A stretch of DNA of 64,000 nucleotides from a virus. Positions 1 through 10,376 of this stretch are shown here, one piece after another (positions within the stretch are counted from its first letter, which is position 1; each line of letters opens with the position of its first letter). The translations under genes were made by a program, and so were the position numbers. The DNA lies in the IMG/VR virus record IMGVR_UViG_3300049855_000474, positions 64,001 to 128,000 of that record. One strand, given 5' to 3'. The notes under the pieces are model-generated. The model saw nothing but the letters and a program-made list of their open reading frames with translations, made no database searches and was not told the DNA's origin.

Positions 1-1733
1 GGTGCTCCACCTCCACCGAGGTCACCACCCATACCACCTGGTGCACCGCCAAGGTCACCTAACCCACCGAGATCACCACCTAAATCAGGGGGAGGACCTC
101 CACCAGGAGATCCTGTATCAAGGTCCAAACCTGGACCCATGCCACCGCCACCGATACCGCCACCGATACCACCGCCCAAACCACCACCAAGCCCACCACC
201 ACCTGGAGCACCCATGGTTTCAGGAGCGACTTCTTGTATTTTCTTAGCATGAGCAGAAAGTTGTTTTCTAATTTCGATATCGTCATCAAATTGTGCAATT
301 TCTGAATCTAGGCTGAAGCCTGCGGAGGCTGCCCAGGTACGCATAGTGACAGGAATACCTTTAGAATTCATGAACTCCAGGATTTCCAGGTAATCTCTAT
401 CAGCCACAGGGCGAAGGGATTTTTCCCACTTGAAATCTGGGAGCAGAAGGGTTTCATTTGTAGCGTCTTTAGCAACTCGAACCCGGTGATTCAATTCCGC
501 AGTTGTTCGCTTTACAAAATTATGCTTTTGAGCAATGGGCTTAAGTAGGCGATCAATCAGCAAGTAATGCGTCATGAAATTACGATGCGCCCTAATCTTC
601 TCTAGGAAGATAGACATTTGCTGTTCGAGGGTGGAGAAGTTAGCATCACCTCTAAGAAAAGCTTCACTTACACCTAGCGAGTTTAGTTTTCCTGATTGCA
701 GGAAACTCCACTCATCACTGATCTTGAGTATATCCTGTGGAGTACCTCCACCGACCTCATTGGTCTGAACGCCTGTTCGTGTTACAACGATAGCACCAAC
801 AGGGTCTTCATCTGCTTGCATGAACAAGCTACTGATACCATCAAGTTCTTGGGGACTGGGCTCCCAATCATCAAGACCTACCTGGATGTGACGAATTCTA
901 GAAAGTCTACGCTTAGCAGAAGCAATTGTACCATTGACAAGTGCCTTCTCGTATGCGACAAACATGAGAATACGTGTATAAGCAGAAGCACCAATAGTAT
1001 CGTAAGGAGCTGTTTTTCTTGGAATATAGAAAGATTGTTCTGGTGGTAGTGGAATTTCTTTACCACTTCGAATCAAATCAACCAGTTCTTTAATTTCACT
1101 CTGGGCGGCTACGTCACGTTCATCTACACTGACAGCCCACCTGCGGTGCTGGGGTGTTGGGATAATATCCAACTTAGGCTGAAAACCTGGAATCGGGATA
1201 GGGTCCACACGAATCCAGTCAGGATCGTGGATAATCATTTTAGTGAAATAGCCTTTGGAATCATCCATATGAAGATGACCAATAACCTTACCCATTTTGA
1301 GAAATTCTGCGCTGATTTCAGGCAGTTGAGCAGTTATATTAATGGCATTCAAGCAATCGGTGTAGGTCTGAAGGACCTCTTTATCTTCAATACCAGTCAG
1401 TTGGAAATCTGACCAAGGAAGTTCTGTATACAAGTCGAGAGCTGGACCAGCAACAGGGTCTTGCAAATGAATACGCCGCCAGATACGATGCAAACGCCTG
1501 GGGTCAACGGGCATAAACTGTTCGATGATTGTACCTTCAGACAAGTCATCGTAAACAGGATTGAATTGGGTACGTCCACCTGCGCCTTGAGCAGGGACCA
1601 TACCACCGGATTGACCACCGAAACCGAAAGTACCAGGATTAGAGTTGCTTGGACTGCCACCGCCAAAAGGAGCTGCTGTCTTCCTACGAAGGGAAGCGAT
1701 GCGCATGCGGTCTGGATGAAATTTAATGGACAT
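1..1733 (-). CDS. Portal protein (3' end outside window; absent from the ORF track)
   Basis: Manual translation from the ATG at 1733 (TAATG overlap with the upstream stop) gives 577 open codons to the window edge: MSIKFHPDRMRIASLRRK...RIHLQDPVAGPALDLYTELPWSDF...ADEDPVGAIV...SLGVSEAFLRGDANFSTLEQQMSIF... and a Gly/Asp/Pro-rich tail. Size, motifs and head-module position fit a jumbo-phage portal. Confidence 0.8.
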   Translation of the reverse strand, partial: MSIKFHPDRMRIASLRRKTAAPFGGGSPSNSNPGTFGFGGQSGGMVPAQGAGGRTQFNPVYDDLSEGTIIEQFMPVDPRRLHRIWRRIHLQDPVAGPALDLYTELPWSDFQLTGIEDKEVLQTYTDCLNAINITAQLPEISAEFLKMGKVIGHLHMDDSKGYFTKMIIHDPDWIRVDPIPIPGFQPKLDIIPTPQHRRWAVSVDERDVAAQSEIKELVDLIRSGKEIPLPPEQSFYIPRKTAPYDTIGASAYTRILMFVAYEKALVNGTIASAKRRLSRIRHIQVGLDDWEPSPQELDGISSLFMQADEDPVGAIVVTRTGVQTNEVGGGTPQDILKISDEWSFLQSGKLNSLGVSEAFLRGDANFSTLEQQMSIFLEKIRAHRNFMTHYLLIDRLLKPIAQKHNFVKRTTAELNHRVRVAKDATNETLLLPDFKWEKSLRPVADRDYLEILEFMNSKGIPVTMRTWAASAGFSLDSEIAQFDDDIEIRKQLSAHAKKIQEVAPETMGAPGGGGLGGGLGGGIGGGIGGGGMGPGLDLDTGSPGGGPPPDLGGDLGGLGDLGGAPGGMGGDLGGGGA

Positions 1734-2761
1734 TAAGCCTCTGACTTAGAATCGGTACGCTTTTTCAGCGAGGAAGCTAGAGCTAGCTCCAGGGCTGTAG
1801 TATCTACGCCATCTACATTCTGTATGAATAATCGAAGGTAATGAGCATTGCCTGCTTTGATCAGGTACTTCTCGGCGGCAGGAATGTTGGCGCCTTCGAT
1901 ATTTTTAGCAAAAACGTAAATAGTTTGAAGGTCAGCGGAGTCTAAAACCTTCTGTTCCAACCTCTTTATATCTGCACCTTTTACATCTTTAGCGAAAAAA
2001 TAAGCCATAGAAGGTGTACCGTTTTCAAATACAACAGCTTCCAATTTCTGGAGAACAGCAGTGGAAAGGTCTTCCTGGTAACGTGAAGCTACACGGAGTG
2101 CTTGTTCAGCATCCTTAGCCACAACGATCCTGTTTATCTCTCCATATGCCACCTTTAACGCACCTGTAGTTAGATACTTTCCAACACCGCTAAAAATTTC
2201 ACTTAGACTGTCCGCTAAAAGATACATTTGAAACAATGCGTTGGCGTAGTAAATGTTTTTGTTATCCTCAGTTATATAGACGCTTCCACCGTTGAGGGAG
2301 ATCTCTGTGAAGAATCCAGATACTTTTCTTTTGAATTGCGATGGAATCATTTCATGGGAAAAAGGGGCAGGAATCTTGATAAGATACACTTCAGGACTAT
2401 GAAGTAGGCTTCTAAGCTCAGCTCGGATAGGTTCTTCGATATTCAAGTTTTTAACGTTTTCAACAGAATAAGAAATATGAATATCGTCAAAATCAGATGG
2501 TGGGCGATTCTGTTCAGAGGTATTAGGTGGAGGGAGAGGCGAAAGTTCTACGCCATGGGACACCTGGAAAGCGCGCTCAAGAGAATAGTTCTGGCACACT
2601 TTAGTAGTGCACTGTGTTGTTTTGGGTCCATTTTCTGCTTGTAGGTCTCCACACAAAGGGCAAGCCCCTGCAAACTTACGCAGATGCGCAATCAAAGTGC
2701 GTACCCTAGACAAGGAACCCATAAGTAAAACCCTTATCGGACAGGAACTGTCACGTGACAA
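1733..2761 (-). CDS. Hypothetical protein, N-terminal Cys cluster and C-terminal helical repeats
   Basis: 342 aa; CPLC...C...C, then ~26-aa repeats (AKDVKGADIKRLE, AKNIEGANIPAAE, IQNVDGVDTTALE). Confidence 0.6.
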   Translation of the reverse strand: MSRDSSCPIRVLLMGSLSRVRTLIAHLRKFAGACPLCGDLQAENGPKTTQCTTKVCQNYSLERAFQVSHGVELSPLPPPNTSEQNRPPSDFDDIHISYSVENVKNLNIEEPIRAELRSLLHSPEVYLIKIPAPFSHEMIPSQFKRKVSGFFTEISLNGGSVYITEDNKNIYYANALFQMYLLADSLSEIFSGVGKYLTTGALKVAYGEINRIVVAKDAEQALRVASRYQEDLSTAVLQKLEAVVFENGTPSMAYFFAKDVKGADIKRLEQKVLDSADLQTIYVFAKNIEGANIPAAEKYLIKAGNAHYLRLFIQNVDGVDTTALELALASSLKKRTDSKSEA

Positions 2762-3069
2762 CTGGAACAGTAATAAGCTTCAACTGCGTTAGACAGCTTT
2801 ACGCCATTCATTACTGAGTTACAGCGAGGACACGGAGCCATACGACTAGTCGAAGCCGAGGCTGTTCGAATAGAAGAAGCCGACTTAGGCTGCAGCTCCG
2901 CAAGAACTAGGTCTAGAGCCAAAGTAGTATCCTCTGGACGAACGGAATCCTTAATATCAGCAAGAGCTAGCTTGAAGCGGATCTCACGACGACGCAGTGT
3001 GGTGAGTGGTTCAAAGCCATAAACCTGAGCAGTATCGTTCAAAAATTCGTCAATTGTCTTTTTCGCCAT
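2734..3069 (-). CDS. Small zinc-ribbon protein in head module
   Basis: CPRC...YYCSSCH at the C-terminus. Confidence 0.6.
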   Translation of the reverse strand: MAKKTIDEFLNDTAQVYGFEPLTTLRRREIRFKLALADIKDSVRPEDTTLALDLVLAELQPKSASSIRTASASTSRMAPCPRCNSVMNGVKLSNAVEAYYCSSCHVTVPVR

Positions 3070-3134
3070 AGCAAACCCTCAATTACCAGATAACCAGTAG
3101 AGACAAAGTTTTATAAGTACCCGTAAATTCAAGA

Positions 3135-3668
3135 CTATTTCTTACTTAGCAAGTCATCCAAGGTATCTTCTGAAGTTTTCGATGCAGGGGACTTCATATC
3201 TTCTGTCCGGCGAAGCTTGTGCTTGACGGGCTGATGTTTCTCTTGAGCCTTGTGTTTAATCGAAAGCCGTTTCATAGTAGAAGCAAGCTCCTGAAGATCA
3301 CCAAAGTTCTTGGAGTATTGTTCCAATTGGGCTGATAGCTCATTAAGCTCGGAAGTAGCTTTAATTTTAGCTACCTCTTTAGTGTCCTGCCCAGGCTGAA
3401 GGACCTCGGAGAGCTGAGTAGAGATCTTATTGAGGTACTTCTCAATCTGAGTAGCCGCATCATCCAAGGCATTAATAGCTTGTTTTATTTCTGACTTTTC
3501 TGGTAAGTCCTGCAGAAGAGCCACAAATTCATCAGTATTATCCTGAAGTAGCCCCAGAGGGGTGACTTTAACGGTCTTATCCTCACCTTTGTAACCAACA
3601 CCTCGGGTATTAGTAGTATCAGCGAGCTTAGTAAGCCCCTCAGCGATTTTCTGTATTTTAGTAGACAT
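3135..3668 (-). CDS. Helical hypothetical protein, possible internal head protein
   Basis: 177 aa, coiled-coil-like, coupled to the upstream gene. Confidence 0.55.
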   Translation of the reverse strand: MSTKIQKIAEGLTKLADTTNTRGVGYKGEDKTVKVTPLGLLQDNTDEFVALLQDLPEKSEIKQAINALDDAATQIEKYLNKISTQLSEVLQPGQDTKEVAKIKATSELNELSAQLEQYSKNFGDLQELASTMKRLSIKHKAQEKHQPVKHKLRRTEDMKSPASKTSEDTLDDLLSKK

Positions 3669-6232
3669 TACTCGCTCTTTTTGCTGGGTGATGCTACATC
3701 CGGAGTCAAGAAACGAATCTTTGGACGACCCATCCCCATCGGTCCACCGTCAACAGGGGAAAAAGTAACGAAAGTACCACCATCAGGAGGAGCCTCCTCT
3801 TCAGAGGAATTATCGTCTTCCTCTTCATCAAGTTCCTCAGTCTCTTCCTCTTCCTCTTCCTCTTCCTCTTCCTCTCCATCAGAATCCTGAGGATTGTCCT
3901 CAACCAACATAGGAGGTGGCGGAGGGGGTGGAATAATCATAGCAGGAGGTGGAGCCATAGGCTCTTGGGGAGGAGGAATAAAAGAAGGCTGAGGTACTCG
4001 AAGCAGATTCATCAGAGAGCTAAAAGCTTCTGGTGTAATTTTGATAGTGACACAATCGACGCCCTCAGAGCCGATCACCATGGAGTGTGGCACTGCCTCA
4101 GCGGCAACAAAAGCAAGCTCTTCCTCGACAACTTCACCAGTTTTGATATCCCTGATGCAATCTTCATCCAGTTCTACAATACGACCAGCTTCCGTAAGGA
4201 CCCGAGCCCCGACAGGCTGATTGACACCAATAAAACCATCTTGCTCGTAGACTTCATCAGCACAAGCTATGACAAAGAAGTCACTGACACGCAGACTAGC
4301 GGCAACAACTTGAAGCTTGCTAGCAACAGTACCGGTAGATTGAGCAGCAATATCGTACAACTTATCAGAAAGCCTCAACATAGGAGGTTTACGGTCAAAG
4401 TCAGAAGCAGCTACAATCTTAGCTTGCGAAACGATGGTCATAGCACAAACGTCATGCTGCCGATAATCAAATAATTCAGGACTCTCGACAACCTGGAAAA
4501 CTTGAATAGGATAACCAAAGTCACACTGAAGCTCAGTCAGGATACGACCCTTATCAGCCTCTAGCTTAAAGGGAACATCCCAAGTGTTTTCAGTGAGCTT
4601 TAGGGCATTGAGCTTCCGCATATAATCAAGGAAGTTCGTATCCATGCGAGCATTGGACGTGAAGGTCATACGCATAACTGCGCTTGTTCGTACAGTGGCA
4701 ACTTTAGGCATAGGCGTTCCTTTATCAAGATCTTCAAGCAACTGACGGTCGGCGCAGATAGCTACCTCGTTTGTCATCAAAAGAGGTTCTCCTGCTACGT
4801 GATACATTGTATAGCTATGAATACCAACACGCTTAGAACTAGGATAACGATCCAAAACAACTGTAATACGATCATCAGAGATCCGAGCGTAATACAATTT
4901 ATCGTCTCGAGACTCTGCCACTTTGAACAAAGCCAAGATTTGGGGGTCATCCTTAGAAATATCCTTGAGCTGATCAATCAATGCTTGATCATCTAATTCC
5001 TCAATCAGACTGAAAAAGGAAGCCAAACGATGCGTTCCAGCAGCAGAACAAATCACATTCTCCCCATGAACACCCTGGTAAGCCGGACACTTTTTATCAT
5101 TAGCCATTTTGCAGTAAGCAAATTTGTCAGTAATATTAGTGTTCTTGGTAGGGAACTCTGGAGCCGGGCAATCATCCAGGTAAACCATCCAAGCACTTCC
5201 CGTGGTAGCAATAGCGGGAATATGACCACCAGAGAAACTCTCTTCCTTGGCAGCTTGGATTAAACCTTCCAAGTCTTCAGCATTTCGCAAATGAAGATTC
5301 TTACGCAGAAGCTGTTGAATAGTAACCAAACGATTCAATGAAGCTTCTTTCATAATAGACAGGGAAGTGTTCAATTCCTGCAATCGACCAGGAAAACTAT
5401 TGACGACATCCACCCATTGAGGGTACAATACCTCACGGTAGTCATTCCAGACACCAGACAAAGTGTCCCAATGAGCTGTCAGATCCTCAAGAAATGCTTG
5501 ACGAGGACGACTAGAAATCTCTACGAACTTATTTACAGTAGCAGCAGAAACGTTCCGAAGCTCTGTATACATTGCCTGGGTTTCAACTTGCAGGGTGTGC
5601 AAGTCATCACGAAGGCGATCTAGAGTCTCATCCTTAGCGAGACGTTCAGCAATAGAATCTACAATTTCTTCAATTTGGTCCTTGACCTTATCGAAACGAG
5701 TAGACAACTCATGCTCGTGAAGCTGGTCAAAGAACCATTGGCATTCATCTACCAAGGCTTCAAAGGTCATAAGCTGAGGTATGACCGTCGTTAGATATTG
5801 GGCAAAGTTGGAATCTTGGAGGTCTTCCCACTCTACAATAGAAAGACCAAGTTCTTTTCGAATATCAGTAGCATCAACAGAGGCTGTAAGGAGACCAAGA
5901 GCAGCAGGTGTTCCACCTTTTCCACCCTTGCCGCCTTTACCCTTGCTCTTTTTCTTATTGACCTTGTGCTTTTGACGCATCAACTTCAAGCGCTGGTGGT
6001 CCTGCTCAGTTCGAATCTTGAGAGTATAAACACCAGTCTCTTCACCCTGCTGGGTATTCTCAGCACGATAATGAAGCTTGTACTTACGCATAGTGGACTT
6101 GAAATGCTGAACACGAGCCTGGTCCGTCAGCTTGTAGTGAAGAACTCCGCTCTGGGAAAGTCCTTTGAAAGCGAGCCCATGCTGCTCACAAAGCATCTTG
6201 ATTAATTTACGTCCCTTTGCGTTAATCGGCAT
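3668..6232 (-). CDS. Large hypothetical protein with poly-Pro and poly-Glu tracts, possible internal head protein
   Basis: 854 aa ORF; basic N-terminus, coiled-coil middle, Cys cluster, low-complexity acidic C-terminus. Confidence 0.6.
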   Translation of the reverse strand: MPINAKGRKLIKMLCEQHGLAFKGLSQSGVLHYKLTDQARVQHFKSTMRKYKLHYRAENTQQGEETGVYTLKIRTEQDHQRLKLMRQKHKVNKKKSKGKGGKGGKGGTPAALGLLTASVDATDIRKELGLSIVEWEDLQDSNFAQYLTTVIPQLMTFEALVDECQWFFDQLHEHELSTRFDKVKDQIEEIVDSIAERLAKDETLDRLRDDLHTLQVETQAMYTELRNVSAATVNKFVEISSRPRQAFLEDLTAHWDTLSGVWNDYREVLYPQWVDVVNSFPGRLQELNTSLSIMKEASLNRLVTIQQLLRKNLHLRNAEDLEGLIQAAKEESFSGGHIPAIATTGSAWMVYLDDCPAPEFPTKNTNITDKFAYCKMANDKKCPAYQGVHGENVICSAAGTHRLASFFSLIEELDDQALIDQLKDISKDDPQILALFKVAESRDDKLYYARISDDRITVVLDRYPSSKRVGIHSYTMYHVAGEPLLMTNEVAICADRQLLEDLDKGTPMPKVATVRTSAVMRMTFTSNARMDTNFLDYMRKLNALKLTENTWDVPFKLEADKGRILTELQCDFGYPIQVFQVVESPELFDYRQHDVCAMTIVSQAKIVAASDFDRKPPMLRLSDKLYDIAAQSTGTVASKLQVVAASLRVSDFFVIACADEVYEQDGFIGVNQPVGARVLTEAGRIVELDEDCIRDIKTGEVVEEELAFVAAEAVPHSMVIGSEGVDCVTIKITPEAFSSLMNLLRVPQPSFIPPPQEPMAPPPAMIIPPPPPPPMLVEDNPQDSDGEEEEEEEEEEETEELDEEEDDNSSEEEAPPDGGTFVTFSPVDGGPMGMGRPKIRFLTPDVASPSKKSE

Positions 6233-6236
6233 CGAA

Positions 6237-8525
6237 TTATCCTCTAAGAGCCTTGCGAAGCCCTGAAGCTATACGCACAAATGCCTTTACAGATTTCTGT
6301 TTATCTAAGTACTCCAACAGCTTAGAATACAGCTCTTTCTTCATGTCAGATAAGCCATCAACGTACTTTTCTAGACGTTTGGGATCGGCATCAGACATGC
6401 GAGTATAATGATTGACCAATAGAGGGTAGTTATCAGCTTCAGGATGCTTTTTAATGTGGTCGAAAAGCATATTTTCGATTTTCTTACCATCTAAAAGATC
6501 CATATCAGCAACATTAACCAATTTTTGCATAGTAAGATAATCACCGACTTTAAACACGTAGTCTTGAACCTTCTCAACTGCCTTTTTATCTTTATACCAT
6601 TTACCCGCTGTCAGAGCGTTTACGACATAAGCAGGTTCCTCAAGCTCCATAAGACCCTCAAGACAGATCATAAATAGGTCTTCTACCGGAACATTTTTCT
6701 TATCAACTCGAGGAAACAGCTGGGACAAACGAACAATTTCCTGACTCGATACTGCGATGCTTGTATACCTCTCTACCAAAGAATGATAAGGAATACCTTC
6801 AATATCATGACCTACCATTTTACTGATAAATCCAGACAGAGGCATCAGGTCAGCATTCTCTAGGTAGAACTTGGAGATCTTTTTACGGTCTGTACCATCA
6901 AGGGTAGTCAGTTCGGACAGTACAGGCCACATACCAGCGGAGGAATCATCTTTAGCGCGAAGCAAAATAGCATCTTGAAAAAGCTGTAGAACTTCAGGCT
7001 TCTTATTGCGAGATTTAAGGAAGCCACCAACTATCTTAAATAGAAAGCCAGAGTCTGCCTCATCAACAATAGGATAAATCAGTTGCTTGTATTGCTTAGG
7101 TGTAAGTTCCAGTTTTGGATTTACAATTATGGCATACTTTATTCTGGAACCTTCAATGGTTAGGGCATTACCCAGCATGGAATCCAGGTCCAGAAGATCA
7201 CCGTACTCCGTATAGAATTGACCAAGAATACTCACCTTCTGGATTTTCTCGATTAGAGGCTGGAGCTGTTTAGCATATCTATCACCTAAATAATCAAGAG
7301 CATCGTAGGCATTATCAGGTGCTTCCTCATCCGTACAAGTGAGCAAAGCAGCCACGATATCAGAATTGGTAAAATAGTCATGAGCACGACGTCTAACAGA
7401 TAATACTATAATAGAGTTTTTAGAAGCTAATGCTTTGTTGTATAGCTTCTTAGATCCCTCCTCATTTATGCCATGAAGAGCACTGGCGACCTCGACAAGC
7501 ATAAGATCCTCAGCTTTTTCTCCAAAAGCTAAAAGCTCAGGAGAAATCAAGGTCATGTACTCATCACCTGCAAATTCCGCCAACATTTCCGAAACTACAG
7601 TTTCATCACCGTTCTTCAAGATATTCCGAGCTATATCTACATTGAAGCCATTACGTTGCATTTGCGTCATAAGAAAATGAGGGTCTGTATTGAGGTACTC
7701 AGTTATCTTTTCTTGGTATTCTGGAGTACGGGCTATTTCCCAGTTGGAAACAATACGAGCCCAATGCTTCAATTTCGGTTCTGAAAGAAACCAAGCTAAA
7801 ATATACTTCTGGTATTTAGCGACAGGTGGTTGATTTTCTTTACCATAAATCTGAGTTACGGTAAACTCCTGAGCTTCGATAGTCACGTGGGGCTGATTTT
7901 TAGAATCTCTTAAAGAGAAAATCTTGCTATGTCCAGAAGATACGTTATCACAATAAGTACCTACGCAGTGACCCATTAGGTTGCCCTCAACCTCCAGGTC
8001 ATCAGGATCCTCAATAGCCACTATCGTAAAGCCATCAGAAAGTTTACTAACAACTTTCTTGGTCTTATAACTACCTACGGGTCCGTCACCTTTAAGGTGC
8101 TCATGCCAGTGCTGTGATTCCTTGAATGCCTGGTCATACGACAACCTAGAAATATCAGTACCGGTACCACGAGCCCAATCCAGAACAAAAGGAAGATTAT
8201 AATGGGTATCACCCTGCTGCTTCATCAGCTGGTTAGCGAACCACTTAATCTCGTTTTTATCCATATCAAAAGGAACTTGACGTAGAGTATCAATAACTTT
8301 GCTAGGGAATACAGGACCGTCCAGCGCCATACGCTGAAGATTCTGAAAGAACTCCTTCTTGTCTTGCTCAGGAGTAGGCTTATGCTCCGCATTCAACTTA
8401 TCAAAATTGAGTTGCTGAAGATACTTAGCGGCATTGAAAGTAGCTACCTTGTAGGTTCCTAGACTCCTGCGCTGGGCGCGAGCTACCAATGTCAGCAATT
8501 TCCTAGCTAGTACAAGTTTTTTCAT
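6237..8525 (-). CDS. PcfJ-like domain protein with C-terminal helical repeats
   Basis: DLEVEGNLMGHCVGTY...IFSLRD...PHVTIE...QIYGKEN matches the PcfJ-like pattern; the C-terminus is a long helical region. Confidence 0.7.
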   Translation of the reverse strand: MKKLVLARKLLTLVARAQRRSLGTYKVATFNAAKYLQQLNFDKLNAEHKPTPEQDKKEFFQNLQRMALDGPVFPSKVIDTLRQVPFDMDKNEIKWFANQLMKQQGDTHYNLPFVLDWARGTGTDISRLSYDQAFKESQHWHEHLKGDGPVGSYKTKKVVSKLSDGFTIVAIEDPDDLEVEGNLMGHCVGTYCDNVSSGHSKIFSLRDSKNQPHVTIEAQEFTVTQIYGKENQPPVAKYQKYILAWFLSEPKLKHWARIVSNWEIARTPEYQEKITEYLNTDPHFLMTQMQRNGFNVDIARNILKNGDETVVSEMLAEFAGDEYMTLISPELLAFGEKAEDLMLVEVASALHGINEEGSKKLYNKALASKNSIIVLSVRRRAHDYFTNSDIVAALLTCTDEEAPDNAYDALDYLGDRYAKQLQPLIEKIQKVSILGQFYTEYGDLLDLDSMLGNALTIEGSRIKYAIIVNPKLELTPKQYKQLIYPIVDEADSGFLFKIVGGFLKSRNKKPEVLQLFQDAILLRAKDDSSAGMWPVLSELTTLDGTDRKKISKFYLENADLMPLSGFISKMVGHDIEGIPYHSLVERYTSIAVSSQEIVRLSQLFPRVDKKNVPVEDLFMICLEGLMELEEPAYVVNALTAGKWYKDKKAVEKVQDYVFKVGDYLTMQKLVNVADMDLLDGKKIENMLFDHIKKHPEADNYPLLVNHYTRMSDADPKRLEKYVDGLSDMKKELYSKLLEYLDKQKSVKAFVRIASGLRKALRG

Positions 8526-8854
8526 GAGCGCCTTCGAGTCCTATTCACAAGGTCAGAAAGTGCCTGCAGTTGCTTTTTCTGGTCCTCAGTGGTAGCAACG
8601 GGCATATTAGTAATATAAGTAACTTCTTGCTTGATTTCTGCTTCTCGTCCCTGCGCTTTACCAATCTCCAAAGCAGCCTGGATACGAACATCAGCCAAAC
8701 GCTTCTGCAATACTACAGCAGCTTTATCAATAGTCTCTTTTTGAATGTCCTTCTTCCGGAAGGCAAACCAAAGTAGAAGACCACCAAATACAGCAGCACC
8801 TACAATTAAGTACCACTTCTCTTTGAACCAAAGTTTTATTGCTGGGCTAATCAT
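8522..8854 (-). CDS. Single-pass membrane protein with coiled coil
   Basis: Hydrophobic WYLIVGAAVFGGLLLWFAF followed by RKK and a helical tail. Confidence 0.6.
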   Translation of the reverse strand: MISPAIKLWFKEKWYLIVGAAVFGGLLLWFAFRKKDIQKETIDKAAVVLQKRLADVRIQAALEIGKAQGREAEIKQEVTYITNMPVATTEDQKKQLQALSDLVNRTRRRS

Positions 8855-9270
8855 ATAATTGTCGGTGGGTAGGTGGGGGTTATCAACATAGACTCCTCAT
8901 AGAGTCCCTCAAACCAAACATGAACTATTTCAGTGACTAAACCCTGATTAGTGACTTCAATGCTATGAAAGTCCAATATCCCATCCACAGCTATCGTCTC
9001 CAGAGTAACGGCAGTGCGGTCACCCAAAGCAGACAACACTTCATCATGCAATGTTGAGGTGTAGTTAGCGGACAACAGAGGATTAGCATTGGGTCCAACA
9101 GTAAAACGCCTCTTCACCACCACACGAACCGTAGAAACAGCAGCCGTGTTCAGGAAAAATAACTTAGGGAACAAGACATTCGGAACAGCCGCCACAGCCT
9201 CAAGAGAGAAAATAGTGGTGGCTCCAGCAGCAATACTGCAAGGAAAATGTTGCTTGACAGGCACTAACAT
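8851..9270 (-). CDS. Hypothetical beta-rich protein, possibly structural
   Basis: 139 aa, overlaps its neighbours in operon fashion. Confidence 0.5.
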   Translation of the reverse strand: MLVPVKQHFPCSIAAGATTIFSLEAVAAVPNVLFPKLFFLNTAAVSTVRVVVKRRFTVGPNANPLLSANYTSTLHDEVLSALGDRTAVTLETIAVDGILDFHSIEVTNQGLVTEIVHVWFEGLYEESMLITPTYPPTII

Positions 9271-9530
9271 ACAGTTCTCCTAAGACCCGAAGAGATTTCA
9301 CGTAACTTAGCGGATTTTGCCACGCTATGACTTTTACAATTATAAGGCTCAATACCTCGAGACTGACAAGCCCGCTCAAACATTTTGAATGCCCTGGACC
9401 ACTGGTCACTAATTTCACCAGAACTGAAAATCAAGTCAGCGTACCGACTCAATACATGAATCCAGATATGACTCGCCTGCTGATTCATACCAGAAGGGAA
9501 GTTGAATTTACCGGGAGAATTAAATCTCAT
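9264..9530 (-). CDS. Hypothetical protein
   Basis: 88 aa, ATGA overlap with the upstream gene. Confidence 0.5.
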   Translation of the reverse strand: MRFNSPGKFNFPSGMNQQASHIWIHVLSRYADLIFSSGEISDQWSRAFKMFERACQSRGIEPYNCKSHSVAKSAKLREISSGLRRTVC

Positions 9531-9916
9531 AACCCCTCATCCTTCCGCTTCTGACTACGGAAGTCATCCGATTTCAGGACATTGGAAGCCAAAGGAATCT
9601 CATCCTCACCATCAGTACGAATCGCGACAGTCCTAGAAAGTGCTGTAGTATCTACAAGAACGATATCTACCTTAAACTGTAGATTCTTGATCTTGGGTGG
9701 GTGCGAAAAAGTAAACTTGAAAGCACCATCCGAGTTGCCCATACGCTTATCGAAAGCCACAAGCTTAGTGATGGCAGTCCCCAAGAAAGTCACCGTAGCT
9801 GTACCCGAAGCAACAAGCTCCGGATGGAATACGTCGTCAATCTCGTCAAGGACATAAGCCTCGGCAAGGATCGTATCCCCATCAGGAATATACTCAGCGG
9901 TAATATCCAATATCAC
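9527..9916 (-). CDS. Hypothetical beta-rich protein
   Basis: 129 aa, coupled to both neighbours. Confidence 0.5.
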   Translation of the reverse strand: MILDITAEYIPDGDTILAEAYVLDEIDDVFHPELVASGTATVTFLGTAITKLVAFDKRMGNSDGAFKFTFSHPPKIKNLQFKVDIVLVDTTALSRTVAIRTDGEDEIPLASNVLKSDDFRSQKRKDEGL

Positions 9917-10350
9917 TTAGATGGCTTCTTCCTGAATAGTTTATCGACATTGTCCTCTTCCCATCGAAGAGACTTTGTGAAGTACTTGTACTTAGCTTCT
10001 TCTTGCTTGAATGTCTCTGTGTGAAGTATTACTTTATGAGGCTCCCCTACAGGATGCTCCCATGGTACAACCGAGTGAAGCATTTCATGGAATAAGATGT
10101 ATTTTACAAAATAACGAGGAACTGTTTTACAGTCCAAAACAGGACTAATCACTATCAAGTTAGGACCAGAATAATAAGCACCCATTCGGATATTAGAGGA
10201 ACCTGCACGAGGCCACCGACCCCAACTAACTGTAAGCCCCAAATCCTTATGATCGAAATACTCTTCTTGTAAATCTTCCATATACTCTGCAAGGTCATGA
10301 CACTTCCCATACTGGGAACGTCTCATTAAAGGCAAGGAAATTAGCATCAA
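9913..10350 (-). CDS. SprT-like / M48-like zinc metalloprotease
   Basis: RMGAY...IVISPVLD...VPRYFVKYILFHEMLH...HTETF: HExxH plus a downstream His. Confidence 0.75.
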   Translation of the reverse strand: MMLISLPLMRRSQYGKCHDLAEYMEDLQEEYFDHKDLGLTVSWGRWPRAGSSNIRMGAYYSGPNLIVISPVLDCKTVPRYFVKYILFHEMLHSVVPWEHPVGEPHKVILHTETFKQEEAKYKYFTKSLRWEEDNVDKLFRKKPSK

Positions 10351-10376
10351 AACCCCAGGAATACAGGATATAAGTA

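Noticed and set aside
2-1736. Short track ORFs, including the His-rich 2..247
   Set aside because: They are antisense or off-frame shadows of the portal gene; the His/Pro richness mirrors its Gly codons.
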